64,000 bases of DNA from Phoronis australis (Eukaryota > Animalia > Phoronida). The translations under genes and the position numbers were made by a program. The notes below the pieces were generated by a model. It made no database searches, was not told where the DNA came from, and saw nothing but the letters and a program-made list of their open reading frames with translations. Below, piece after piece: positions 1-12,956 of the stretch (within the stretch, counting starts at the first letter, position 1; each line of letters opens with the position of its first letter). Location of the stretch: assembly GCA_002633005.1 (NCBI GenBank), contig NMRA01000629.1, positions 109,589 to 173,588 on the forward strand, read 5' to 3'.

Positions 1-888
1 TCACCCAGCATAAAATATTGGGGGGGGGGCTCGAATTGTTCACTATGCAGACCTTTTACTGAACGAGATCAAAGAGGACTAAGTAAAAAACGAGGCTACT
101 AGGTTCAGACCCACGAATTGTGCATCCGCGTTGACTTACCGTCGATTTTGTGTACTTTTATCTCTTTTAATCGGACTTTTTGTTATACCGAGGTGGACCT
201 TTTTGCCCANCGATTTTGTGTACTTTTATCTCTTTTAATCGGACTTTTTGTTATACCGAGGTGGACCTTTTTGCCCAATTCGCCAAATTGGGGGCTCTTT
301 CGAGGTTTTTGCACATCCAAATTGTTGTAAATAAATCCCACTCAGCGTTTCAAGGTCAAGATTATTCGTGAAACAGTATTTCAAACACACTGTCGCTCAC
401 TGTTTTGAATGTGCAGCAGGTGGCGAAAGAGTAGGTTGTATGATCACTTATGCCAAAACTTAACTTATTATCTGTCTAACTTACGATCAAAAACCGATAA
501 CGTACTTCGTATTCATGAGAGGGGGTCATGAAGGAATGGAATGCAAAATTGTGCGCCAGTCTCCTTGGTGAGGAGTTATCCCTTCTGCATCGGTTACGGC
601 CAAACAGAAAGACACAAGAAACCTTCAAAAACGTAAATCTCTGAATACTTACAGATTTCTTGAAGATTCTTCTTCTTACGTCTTTGATGTGACTGGTAAA
701 TTTGGGTATTTTTTCTAAAAACTAAACAAGATCCAAACACATATTTTAATTATTTTCACAGGCGTTGATGCTACCATCCATGATTCGAAAGATGGAGATA
801 TTGTTTTGGTTATTGTTTAAGTTATTCGTCCACTTACTTTTAATGATGTGTTATTGATGACACACTAATATGTTTTGCTACTTTTCAG

Positions 889-1151
889 TTTGCATTACAA
901 CCAAGGTGTCTGGTTATAGCGCCACGTGCGGGTATTGTGACGGAAACGATGTTAGAGATTTAACCAATGCCAGTCCAGATGACTGTGCGAGCAGTTGTGA
1001 CTGGCTCCTTTTCACATGTGTGGAATTTCTGTACAACAAAGAAACGCGTGTGTGCTACTTAAGGAACAAGTCTTGTGAAAACCCTTCCACTGGAGGTCCA
1101 GACTACTCGTTATACGTTGTGTACACTAAGAAATATATGTTTAGCATTTAA
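889..1151 (+). CDS. PAN/apple-domain exon, type A copy 1 (small Cys-rich secreted protein; probably decaying)
   Basis: ttttcag acceptor at 888, then CITTKVSG-YSATCGYCDGNDVR...CASSC...CVEFLY...CYLRNKSC, a PAN/apple Cys spacing with GND motif. Paralog at 48581-48822. Relative to the paralog the last Cys is Tyr and the TAA after YTKK reads through (TAT). A candidate signal-peptide exon (MLPSMIRKMEILFWLLF, 768-820) lacks an in-phase GT donor. Confidence 0.6.
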
Positions 1152-1329
1152 TTTGCAAGAAAATGTAGTTATTAAAAACATATCGTAATATTTTTCAATT
1201 AAAGTCCAAATGTCGCCTAATTTTACTAACTTTAAGTTGAGGTTTTACTTTATTCAAAACTAAGATGACCATGCTGCATGTTATTTAGTGAACACATGAT
1301 GTAATTCCTACAACATCCAAAAGAAATAT

Positions 1330-1430
1330 ATTATTATTTATATTGTAATTATTATTATTGTTGTTATTATTATTATTATTAGAATTAGTACTACTAGTAG
1401 TATCAGTACTATTGCTATTATTATTATTAC
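1330..1430. repeat. (TTA/TAC)n-type microsatellite
   Basis: Degenerate tattattat/ctactagta runs seen directly. Confidence 0.8.
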
Positions 1431-4259
1431 TCTGCGTGTACCAGCGCAGAGTCTTGTTATTCTTAGATTTTAATTATTTTCTTCTTCGAATTATTATTTT
1501 ACTTTTCATTTTAAAGACCTTAAAGTCCTTCTCTCACGCGTTTTTAACCCTTATTACATGGTTAGAGGATGTTATAAGGATCCAAGAAGTACCTACCCCA
1601 TAACTAATACACGATCCGTACTCGAAAAAAGTTTAAATGAACGCGCCACTCACGATTCGCATCCGAAGAACCACCGCCATTTTGAACTTGCCGCGAACCC
1701 GGAAGTACAATTCATTCAGGAACCCAGGCCGAGAAAACGCCGTCAGTGCGACTGGAGCAGTGCTTGTACTGTCACCAGCCAGCAAACGGGGATAAAATAA
1801 TCGACAGCGCGCCTTAATTTTAATAAAATCAAACTACGGACAATTTTATCGAATTTGCTGAAGAAATGTGGCGAATAAATTTTGACAGAAATTATTTTGC
1901 CAGACTCGGGACCGCAGCCTATCGGACCCGGTGCGGATCGAGATCAGACACTGGCGAACGGTAAATGCATGCGGATGCAAGCTGTTTGTCGAAGTAAAAT
2001 GGTCAAATCATAAATGCTACATATATTCAAGGGTAGTTTCAGACACTTGCATGAAATTACGGGCTGGATAGTCCTGTGTCACACTGCCGCGGCAGACCTT
2101 AGTTAGCCTCAGTCACCAGCTACCAGTGAAGACTATCGTCAACATACAGCTTGTTAATAGGCCTATACAGCTTTGCGCCAAGGCTACCCTTAGGCCTAAC
2201 TGGTCGCTGGCCACAGCGCTTGCTCAAACGAGGTTTATTTAGAACTTGGGTACTTATGGCCAACTGTACAAAGTTGTTGGCTTTCAATAGAAAATTTCCC
2301 AGACTTTGTTTTAGCGCACCATGCCTAAAAGAATGGGGGGGCTGGAATTTTTGGGAATGTCCATCTTTTACTACAAGATTCAGTGGGTATGTTCAGAGCT
2401 ATGAATTGCAGACTCTAAATTTTAGTACTTCCTGTCTTCTAGTGGAATATTGTCTCATTTTCTACTTTTTTCGGAATTCGTGCTTCTGAAACTGAGGCAG
2501 ACCTTTTTCAACTTCTCCAAAAAGGGGGCTCGTTCGAGCACATAAGTATGACAAGTCCAATACAACATGTTATCATTTTTTATTCATTACCCAAAATGAT
2601 TCAAACTTTTAACATAATAAGTAACTTAAAATGCACAATACTTTACAACATTTAGCATTACAAACACTATTCAACAGCAACAGTTTCCATGATATGAAAG
2701 TGGAAATACATGTAACTATTACCATGGTGACGGAATAGTGTTTCCTTACACCAGAAATTGACAAGCATCATTTAAAAAAAATATGAAGTTGCGAGGAACA
2801 AAAATTAGAGGCTTGAAGCTTCACAATCCAACATAGCTTATTTCTCAAATTAAGATTATTCATATTGTTGACTAGATAACCTGAATTAAGAAGCAATAAA
2901 TTACAAAACATCACTTGAAAGCAATTGAGACTCAAACTTTAGAAAAATATGAATCATTTTGTGACACCGAATCAAGTCTTGAACAGCAGTTGACAGTCAA
3001 ACAAAAAACCATTTCAAAATTATTTAACTATTTTTTTAGCTTAGTGTAAGATCACCCGAATGGGAAATTTACAGTAAAATAATTCGAATACATCTTATAT
3101 CTTTGCACAAAAAACACGAAAATTGAACAAAGTTTCTTTTTTGTAGCAACGTTTGTCAAAATGTATCAACGTTAAATCTTCACAAATTACAAAGTAGCCG
3201 ATTGAACTTGCCTTTGAGTTCAGCAAAAGTCGCCATGTTGTCGGTGCTGCCAGAAATGAGACGAAGTCCAACGGGAATTGTGAGCAAATTTATCACTTAA
3301 TGAGTAACAACTGCTAAGCTGAAATTTGGTGAACACTGTTAAATCGTGCAGAATAGTAAGTAAAGATACATGTATGTCTAACTAAATTTCACCGTAATTT
3401 GTTGGCTGGCAAAAACAATTTACACAAAGTTTTAAACTCGTAACTTATCCTGCTGTCTTCCAATGTGTCCGACGCGATCCAAACAAAGTGACCCAAATTT
3501 CGCCAAAAAACTTGCAATAACTTTACGCTGCTTGTCCCGATTTTTGATACTTAATAGATTTTTACTGAGTAGAATGCACTACCTTTCCGATGATAGCAAA
3601 GTACTTTTTCAAAACGAGAAAAAAAATAAAACCGAAAAAAATAAAACCGAAAAAATAGGTTTGACCCATATTGGTTCCTAGGCTCGACCGGCCTACGTAA
3701 GGAACTAAACACCAATGCTATTTTAACATACAAAGTACGCGTAACATTCCAAAAAACATCAACGACCACTAACTACAAACTATCAATACAGTACATATGC
3801 AAACGAATCACGAGATATTACTAACAAAACAAAATAATAAAGACTTTTCGAGCAAGCGATAGCACATTCAGTTACCAGGAAAAAATGGCGGCTTTCAGGA
3901 CAAGTTCCTGAACTGATGAGCCGGAAATGTGGGTACGGAAATAACCGATGACAACCGGTAATCATACGCTCAGAGAAAAGGGTCTAATACTGTTCAAAAA
4001 TTGCTTTTAGCAAGAAAGGCGAAAAGAATATAAAGAAAGGGTGTCGAAAATAAGATTTTATGTAGTAAGTATTTTCGGATACTGGAACCACATGGGCAGT
4101 TTGAGAGAAGGACTTTAATAAATCTCAAGCTACACAACTCTCAAATTCAAAACTTTTCAAGTACTTTTGAGCCACACAAAATCTTTACAAAATGGCATAT
4201 TTTGACTAATAATGCACCGTAACAGTCTAATTTTCAAAATCCTATTTCTCATATAATTT

Positions 4260-5500
4260 CCAAGTACTTCTACTCAATTACAGTGTGAAGGTGTAAGTCT
4301 GGATGCATTCCAATCAGATGAATTACCTGTCTAAGTAATCCGGTCATCCAATCAGATTAAATAGTTCCAAAGTCATTGAGTGCCAACTCACATCCTAAGC
4401 TAGACACTTCAAATTCACAAATCTGATTTTATAAAGTTTCATGTCATCTGGTGCAACTGAAGGTCATTAAGAGCATTTTTTTCTTAAATTTTGGCCTAAT
4501 CATTCAACACTTATTCTGATGTGTCAAAGGTTAGACAGCCGTGATTCTCGGCATTAAACACACTTTTCACGAATTCTACTAAAATGACTTACATGTATAA
4601 TGCACTGGGAAGCGTCAATTAGTGCAAAGGTAATGAAATTTTAAAATGCTTCTTAGGCACATTTTACATGGATTTTTTTTCTGTTTCAGTGTACTGCTAA
4701 TCGCATTGTTTTTGAAGTAATCGGTTCATCCATCCAATCAGATGAAACAGGACTAATGTCATTAAGGGGAAACTAAGGTTTCAAATTTAGATACACGTAC
4801 CTGGTTGGTACATGGAATTAAGTTTCATGTCTCACGTGTCAGGACATTTGGTGCATCATGGCATAATTAGGTGCATTCATTTTTCTTCTGGAGCTGACCT
4901 TTTGATTCAGCGTATATTCTGATGCCCCAGCAGTTACACAACTATTATTCCTTGCTTACACACACTTTTCAAGGTATTTCTAACAATTCTACCAAAAGGC
5001 CACATAATGCAGAGGAAAGAGTCAATCAGTGCAAAGGCCACTTAATTTTCAAAATGCAATTTTCCTACATTTTTCAACTAATTCGCTTCAATTTCAGCAC
5101 TCAGGTGTACGCATACACGTCAATCAAATGCACTTCTTTATTTAGCAACTGGAGCATCCATTCAGATAAAATAGGTCTCAGAGGTCTTTGAGTGCAAACT
5201 TAAATTTGAAGTAGTCACTTTGTACTTACATGTGGGATTTATACATTGACCTGAGTTCAAATTCCAAAGCTTCAGGTCATTTGGGGCAACCATGGAGTAA
5301 TTAAAGGAATTTTTCTTCTGAAATGTTGACCTTCTCATTCTACTGTGCCAGCAGTTTATTATCTGTGATTCAGCATTATCCATATTTTTATTTTCTATTA
5401 CAGTTCAATATAATTCTACTATGGTGCACAAGCCAGTCGATAAAATGTACAATTTTCCAAAAAGTCTCACTAACGCAGAGTAATTATTCTCATTTTCATA
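4260..5500. repeat. Degenerate ~400-bp tandem repeat (about 3 units)
   Basis: catcca(a/t)tcagat recurs near 4346, 4731 and 5156; gtcaat(t/c)agtgcaaagg recurs near 4615 and 5021. Confidence 0.55.
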
Positions 5501-5799
5501 CAGTGTTTCTATCATTAATACTATTATTCTTATATTTTGATGTGTATTATTATTATTATTATTATATTAATCACCATTGCCATTATTATAGTGCTATTAC
5601 TGGAAATCATATATGATGCTTTTAATATAAATAATGGATTCAGTAATATTTAAACTACATGTACAGTACACCCACGAATGTAACTCTTTCAAAATTTATT
5701 GGTTATTTTTCTTTCTCTTATTCTCGGTGTCACTTTAATTGTATGGGATATTGTAACCATTAATTTAAATATACAGTGTCTGATATCTGCGGACTGATT

Positions 5800-8700
5800 G
5801 TTAAAGTTTCGCCTGTGTCTCATCCGTGGGGACGGTCGTTTTAATAAGGACGAGTACTATTTCGTCTCCGTCTATAACACTTTTAATATTTTGTGACCCA
5901 TCATTGTTAAAAATGTAGTTGAAATACAGTATGTTGATTGTGATACAGCTACAAATTAAAGACTGGTGAAATCTGATCCCCATCATTGACTATTATGTTG
6001 TTCACTGATCTTGTCTCGTGTATTCTCTCTCATCAAAGTTGTTGTGGTTTGTACTACAAGGTATGATAATAAAGTATAAAAAAGATGTGCATGTGACTCA
6101 TAAAAAGCTAATTTTGTGGTTATTTGTTGGATGGAACAGGCTTCTTGAAGTTCAAATACTCAGAGATGCATCACAATGCAACCCTTTCATCAAAACAATT
6201 GCAATGAACAACTTCGCATAAAACGTCATTCTCCATAAGTCGCTTTTCACTTGGTCCTGAATACTTGCTCATTTTTTAAAATGTTTTCGGTTAAGTCGTC
6301 GTTCCTGAGAAGAAGCTTTCTTTAATTTATCGCTGAATTTTATCCCGCATGCAGGTGTTTCCACACACCTACACGGAATACAATTCCACTGAGTTGAAGC
6401 AATTCCACGGAGACGAGGTTCTCCCAAGTTGGAAGTCATTAGCCTCGCAGATTCTTGTACAAATGTAAATAATCTCAACTTCTGTTGAAACTTGGATTAG
6501 AAAACCATCAAGCATACTGATTTAGAAAGCGGCCGCAACTACACGTAAGTGTACCTGTGTAATTTGAAGTATTTTCGTTGGGGGCTACTTGCACTTGCTT
6601 TCTGTCAAAAATCAGAAATTCACGAAACTGCACTTATTTTTCCATGTAGTGGATGTATGAACTTTTATGTGGGTTTGTTTAAAAGATAGCTATGATTTGA
6701 GGTTGTGCGTAGATAGGGAGAGAACGAATACATTAAGTAATTAATATATTATATGGTAAAAACATCATCTAAAAATACATGTAGATATTGTCGTCAAAAA
6801 TACGTGTAAACAAGTTTAACCCCACGCTTTAAACGTATATATACATATATTTTGAGCAACTTAAATGGAACTATATGTACTAATTACTTTATTAACCTTT
6901 ATTTTGACAGTATAAAAGTCACATGATAAATGGACTGTCCACTGAGAAATCAGGTGGAAGTTTATGAAATCTTAAGTTAATATTTGTAAAGAAACACCTT
7001 GCTGAAATAGGTATATTAATCAAACTCAAGCTGCAAATGTCTGTAGAAAGCGTGGCTCAAACTCGTCATCTTGGTTATTTGTGCTGAATTTGTTTGCGCG
7101 ATCTGAGCTCTGAAGCCAGGTGACATGCAGTAATCTGTGGAACACCGAAAAACCGATCTCAGCACAATTTTGATGGAAGCTTTCAACTTCACCCATGGCT
7201 CATTTTGTGGCGGTTTTCTGGGTATTGTTTGCGTGTGAGATTAAACTGGAAATGTCATGGTTGACGCCGTTTATCAAATATGCGTATCTTTCGTGTATCC
7301 CGGATGTTGACAGTACTAAGACATGTGACGGGACCAAGGAAACTAGCATTGTAACGCTAGTGTTACTAATCACATTACATGAACATGTTTATTTATTTTA
7401 TCATACATGTACATAGAATACAGCACCAGTTGACATGAGCCAACAACTTCCCCATCATCTTAGGTTTACATGTACATTGGCCAAATCTTGCGCTAACAGG
7501 ATTTACACACAAGTTGACGAGAAAGCGTGCATCGTTTTACCCCAGAGTATCCAGCAAAACCCTTGGCACATCAAAAGATGATGATGCCGATAAAGACTGA
7601 AGTGTGCTGGATGAGATAATTGCTGTCGTAAACCAAGTTCTGCCGTCAACGTGACAGTAAACAGTTTGTCAAATTTTATGAATATCCTCCAAGAAACTTG
7701 GAAGAAATTAAGAAAGCGCAAAGAAATCCATAATTATCAGTAGTGAACTCCAACGCAGTTGAATTTGTGTGACTTAAAATCAACGAACATTCCGAAATGA
7801 TAACACAACAGTTTGATGTTCTTGTTGTATGACATATTGACTTTCCGAAGTTCATGTAATTAGCTTTGACAAGAGGTATCAAACAACAATTTACGTTTTG
7901 TGTTTTTGCGATTTTGTTACAAATCGTCTATTCTCGCCGCTGTCTGTCAACCATTCGCTGGGAGTCTTAGTTAGTTAAATTTTGTAAATTGTCCACCAGG
8001 ATGTGTGACATGTGTGTTCCAATTGTGACGTATTAAGCGAATGTGGCTAGTATCCATTGGTTGTCAAATGTCATGTTATTCAGACATTGGTTCAAAATCA
8101 TGAAGATGCATTCTAGAAAATATGCATGCACAGATGCCGATATAAATGAGCGTCTTTTGGTAAATCGTTAAAAACATATGGAAATATTTCCATGAGGTTA
8201 GACTAAGAGTAGCTGTGACGCAACCTACATGTACATGTGCATGTATACAATGTATGAAAACTAACTGTTGATAGCAGGGTTGGTGCAGCGACGTTGCCAA
8301 TAACTTCTGGTGAAGATATTTATTTTAATTTGAAATAGTGACGATATATTCTGTGGCTTTCTATTAGGAATGTCCCAAAAAAACATAAAAACGTTGTTAC
8401 AACTTCGCCATTAGAATCAGGACTCTTTTACATATTCTGACTGTCTGTGCTTTTTTACACAAGTAACAGTGTGCTCCACCTAGTTTCATTTTAAGAGTCA
8501 ACATCAGTCTCACGGAGGAACTGGAAGGCGTTTTCGGAAACTGTTGTTAGCTTCAACAAGAATTATGAAACAAAAAGACCTCTAGTTTCTGTGACAAAAC
8601 GACAATTCTCGTTGAAATCTGTCAGACTTTCGCAGAGATCACGACAGCTCACTGCACTAGTTTGATACGCGTTTAATACTCAGCCACTTACAGTACGGAG

Positions 8701-10170
8701 TGAGACATGAAATGAAGTGCAGCCGTTGTCATAGATATCTATACCTGAAATCTTCAAAGATAAAAGCCCCCTCACAGGAGACCACCTTGCTTAATACATA
8801 TAGGCCTTCATGTAGTCAGTAATTCAAAGAGCTGTTAAGTTGTCGCTAGTGACATTTCTATAAATTGATCAAACTGTTGGTCTGCATAGAAAAAACATTT
8901 CCGCAAAAATGTCAAGCGAAAAGTTAACAAGGAATCACGTGCTACTTCAGGCCACGTACCAGAAAGTTGTATTAATTTCGTCTCAAATTTCCAAACAATG
9001 TTAAATGCAGTCATTTGTTTCCTCATCAGGGTTTTGCGAGGGCTATTGTTTTAAAAGGCTTGCTTAATGTTTGAAATAGCTTTGTCACAATCAATCAAAT
9101 ACTGTTTGAATACTAATCGTCAAAATCGCGTACACATCGGTCACTTTTAATCATGTGACAGATTTAGAAAATTCTTGAAAAACAGTATTTGGAAGATTGG
9201 GTTTGCTCATTGGACGTAAATTTCCCACGAGGACTATATATTTTGCTACAATTGTCTTAATATAGCTAATCGAGAAGGCGTATTTTCACCCGTACACTGA
9301 CAGAACTTCAGCATGGATTCCAAACCTAGCAAAACATCGTTAAGGATGTGTTCCTTCAACGCTTTCCTTGTTTTGATCTTGTGTGTTGCCCCCTCGCACG
9401 GTGAAGCACGTGGCCAGTTCTTTGAGTTAAGGAAAGGGACAGTTCCGGGGTATGCGCAGTTAGTCTCAAGCTCCACCACATGGACGCTTTTGGGCTGTGC
9501 GTCCATTTGTTTTAAAGACAAGATGTGCGATGCTTTTGCCTATTCGCAGCAGAGTACGGGTTGTCGCACGTTCTGTGTCAACGATCAGATGGCCGAAGAA
9601 GACAAAAATGTAACTGAATGGAGTCATTACGAGAAACGGGGACTCGTTCAAGGAAGTTGCACACCAGGTATGATACCAACTGGAGCAAACTCCAATTTTA
9701 TTTGAATACCGCTAGCAAACATATTGTACTAAAATGTTTTCAAGTCCAGGTTATCCAGCTCCATTAATTTCTGTGAATGAGACTCGTTTTACAAAATCGA
9801 GCTAAAACTTAATTCCAATGATAATAAGAACCAAATTCCTACTGAGACAGCATGCTATTAAGATACTGATCTCAAACTGCTGTGGTCTAATTGGTGATGC
9901 AACAACTGACATTTTGTTGGTGCGGAGACCAGGCACACAAGTTGTCTTGTCACGTATCATTTGATGCACACAACATGGTCTCAAAGAAAAAAGAACTTCC
10001 AGTTCTTAGCAAACCAAGAACTCACTTATCGTCTGAGTACAGAACAAGTGGAGACCACTCACATAGCCGCAAATAGTCTGAATCAACGATCTTTCTTTTT
10101 GGAATGGACGTAGATTGATATCTGCTTTAAAAATGCAACTAACTTAGTTCTTCAATTATCACAAAGCATT
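5800..10170 (+). repeat. Segmental-duplication backbone, unit 1 (paralogous blocks at 17370-19320, 21520-21710, 46580-47830, 49540-50050, 50810-51420)
   Basis: Long colinear near-identical strings, e.g. tctcaacttctgttgaaacttggattagaaaaccatca at ~6473 and ~18050; aattgctgtcgtaaaccaagttctg at ~7618 and ~51070; gatgttattcagatattggttcaa-like at ~8073 and ~21522. Confidence 0.85.
9313..9705 (+). CDS. Secreted PAN/apple-like protein, type B copy 1
   Basis: Hydrophobic signal (AFLVLILCVAPSHG), then C-x3-C-x5-C-DAFAY-x6-C PAN pattern; paralog at 46942-47418. A strong phase-1 donor (CCAG|GTATGA at ~9667) suggests this may be exon 1 of a spliced gene rather than a single-exon ORF. Confidence 0.75.
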   Translation: MDSKPSKTSLRMCSFNAFLVLILCVAPSHGEARGQFFELRKGTVPGYAQLVSSSTTWTLLGCASICFKDKMCDAFAYSQQSTGCRTFCVNDQMAEEDKNVTEWSHYEKRGLVQGSCTPGMIPTGANSNFI

Positions 10171-11879
10171 GTTTTCGACGTTTTTTGGTTCAGGTCTCAG
10201 TGAAGGTACATTGTACGTTCAATCGTAGACTAACACGTTTACTTTAATGGATCGCTACTGTACGAGTGTGGGTCGTTCCGGTCACCATCTTAATCTGAAG
10301 CTGTTGTTGTTTATTGTTTTTTTTCGAATTGGATATTTATAAAATAGTGATATTCATGCATACACGTATATATGTTCTCACACAAATACTTAGCTACGTA
10401 ATTATGAGTTGTTTCTCGTAAACTACGTTACCACACCTTTTGGAAGAGCCTGAACTTGCCATTAATCAGTGTAGATTATACACTCACTAAAATCAAATAT
10501 CATTTTTTCCGTAAACTAATTTAACATGATTTTTACATTCAGAAGATAACTTGTTAAAATCTCCCGTATATAGTGTGATAGGCTGTTGAAAGAGGTGCTA
10601 AGACTGAAGCTGAAAATGGACTATTCCCAACATTCAGCCAAGGCCATAGGTCGGGGAGTACATTGGAACCTTTGTCGCGTTTGTTGACTAATTTACCGGT
10701 GATTATTTGGAATCCAATATGGCAGAGCAACTTTAATCTTGTATGAAAAATTTAACAAGTTTCAAGAAAAAGCAATTTCATTCGAATATTTTAAAACTTT
10801 AGAAAGTAGGACAGTCACTGCCGCCAATAAATTAACGGTGCAATTTTGAATAATTTTGCAATACATTGACTGTTTGAAAAGAAAAAATATCAATATTGGC
10901 CATATTTCTATTCGAATTTGAGGAAAATTTACCGTAGATCCCCTATTAGGGAGACGTCACGCTGAAAACTTAGCATTTGCCAAAGGTTAATTCCTCTGTG
11001 AGGGGTCTTTTGAACCATCCGCTATGCTTAATTCTTGAATTGGAATTGGAAAAGGCGTGTTTGAACTCCCTGAAACATTAATTAATATAAAATACACAAA
11101 AATTGTCCCTTTGCAGTACAATTCATGACAGCGCCCTTTCGCAAAAATTCTGGCAGTGAATCTGAGTGGTACGTTCTATCTGCACTCATGTAGGATCAGA
11201 AAAGTTCCAGCGTTTCTTATTATTTTCCTGATGTGCGCTCCTTGACAGTTTAATATTCATCCGCGTGCATGAGACAGGCGTTGAGCCGGTAGGTCTTCGT
11301 CCCGCGTCTAAGAAAGCACATCCAGCGAGGCACGAACGGCAGAGTTCTTGTAGTGCACTCACTATTTTGACACTTAAAAAGACGTCGGTAACTGGCGACG
11401 TATCGTTGAAAAATGGCAATCCCGACGAAATGCATGAAACTCTTTGGAGAAGATTATGGTAAAGTCATCGAAAAATACAATAGTGTATGTCTTAATTTGC
11501 TTCCAATAGGGCCGCAAACGGAAGTACACTGTAAACCACTCCGTTTAAAAAATACATGTAAAACCATTTGTCCTTAGCCCCGTTTCATGAAATTTCTTAA
11601 GGAAAAAATTAAGACTGGACATGCTCTAAGCTCAGACCTAATGTCAGCCTGCAACGGAGTAAGCTTAAAATTGCACTTTTGGTCTAGATCGACCACAATT
11701 TACTAGTAGATCAACTCTGAAAACTGGTGTGGAACAAATATCTTTTCACAATCTAAATGTCTCTGAAATCGAAGATCGTCTGCTTTGAGAACTGGCAAAG
11801 CGGCAGAGACTCGTAGACTCAGTGCAGTGCATCATACTTAGACATGCGAAACGATATTTTCCAGTCGTACCTGTAGCAA

Positions 11880-12440
11880 GGTCCTCACACATCCAAACTG
11901 TTGTAAATAAATCCCACTAAGCGTTTCAATGCCAAGAGTATTCTTGAAACCGTATTTCAGAAACAGCACCTCGCTCACTTTTTTGAATGAGCAGCAGGTG
12001 GCAAAAGCGTAGTTTGTACGCTCACTTATGCCAAAACCCAACTTATTATCTGTCTTAGTTACAACCAAAATCCAATATCGTACTTTGTATTCATAAAACA
12101 GGACCATGGAGGAATGGAATGCCAAATTGTGCGCCAGTCTCCTTGGTGAGGAGATATCCTTTCTGCGCCGTTTGCCGTTGACGATGTTTACGGCTTACGA
12201 GACCGACACAAGAAACCTTCAAAAACGTAAATCTCTGAATTCTTATAGAGTTCTTGAAGATTCTTCTTCTTACTTCTTTGATGTGACTGGCAAATTTAGG
12301 TATTTTTTTTCCTAAAACCTAAACAAGATCCAAACACAGATTTTAATTATTTTCATAAGCGTTGATGCTGCCATCCATGATTCGAAATATGGAGAAATTG
12401 TTTTGGCTACTGTTGAAATAAAAGTTGGTTGCCTAGTTAA
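11880..12440 (+). pseudogene. Second copy of the type-A upstream region (signal-peptide-like exon, Sushi-like remnant); downstream PAN exon absent
   Basis: Colinear with ~300-830 (e.g. gacacaagaaaccttcaaaaacgtaaatctctgaat); MEKLFWLLL vs MEILFWLLF. No PAN exon seen before the next paralog block at 17370. Confidence 0.6.
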
Positions 12441-12956
12441 TTATGTGTTATCGATGGCATCACATCAGTTTTGCAATAATCTAAGTCTAAATTGTTGCAT
12501 AGTTGTCGTTAATTTAGATTTTTGAATTATACTATAGCACTCTTTAAGGTTGATATAGCTTTATATGCCGCGATTTCCTTAAAAATTCGTCAGGATTCTG
12601 GTAAGTAAATTTCTCCGTACCAACCCTCAAATGGTTAAACCGTTCAACGCAATATTGCGGCTTGGGGACGAGGCTGATCCCGTGAGTGACCTTCACATAG
12701 TTCTACAGCATTCAACCCTGATATTTCGCGGGAATGGCTGCGCCAGTTTGCACTGTGTATTTCTGGTTGTCCACTCAAGATTTGATAGAATGAATGACTT
12801 GTGATCGAACACGGAAATCATGGAAGCAGTAATTTCATTGCCTCATTTTCATTTTATCATTTTTGTCCGTAATGGAATCAACAAATGAGACCCTTGAGGT
12901 AGAGTTTCGGATAAGCCTGCGACTTCTCGGCAATATGAGTAAGAAAAAGTCTATGT

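Noticed and set aside
142-278. Perfect ~68-bp tandem duplication (CRISPR-like or biological repeat?)
   Set aside because: The copies are joined by a single N (210), typical of an unmerged contig overlap; there are no spacers.
1358-1603. Leu-rich signal-like ORF (likewise the poly-Cys ORF at 49070-49291)
   Set aside because: Translations of microsatellites.
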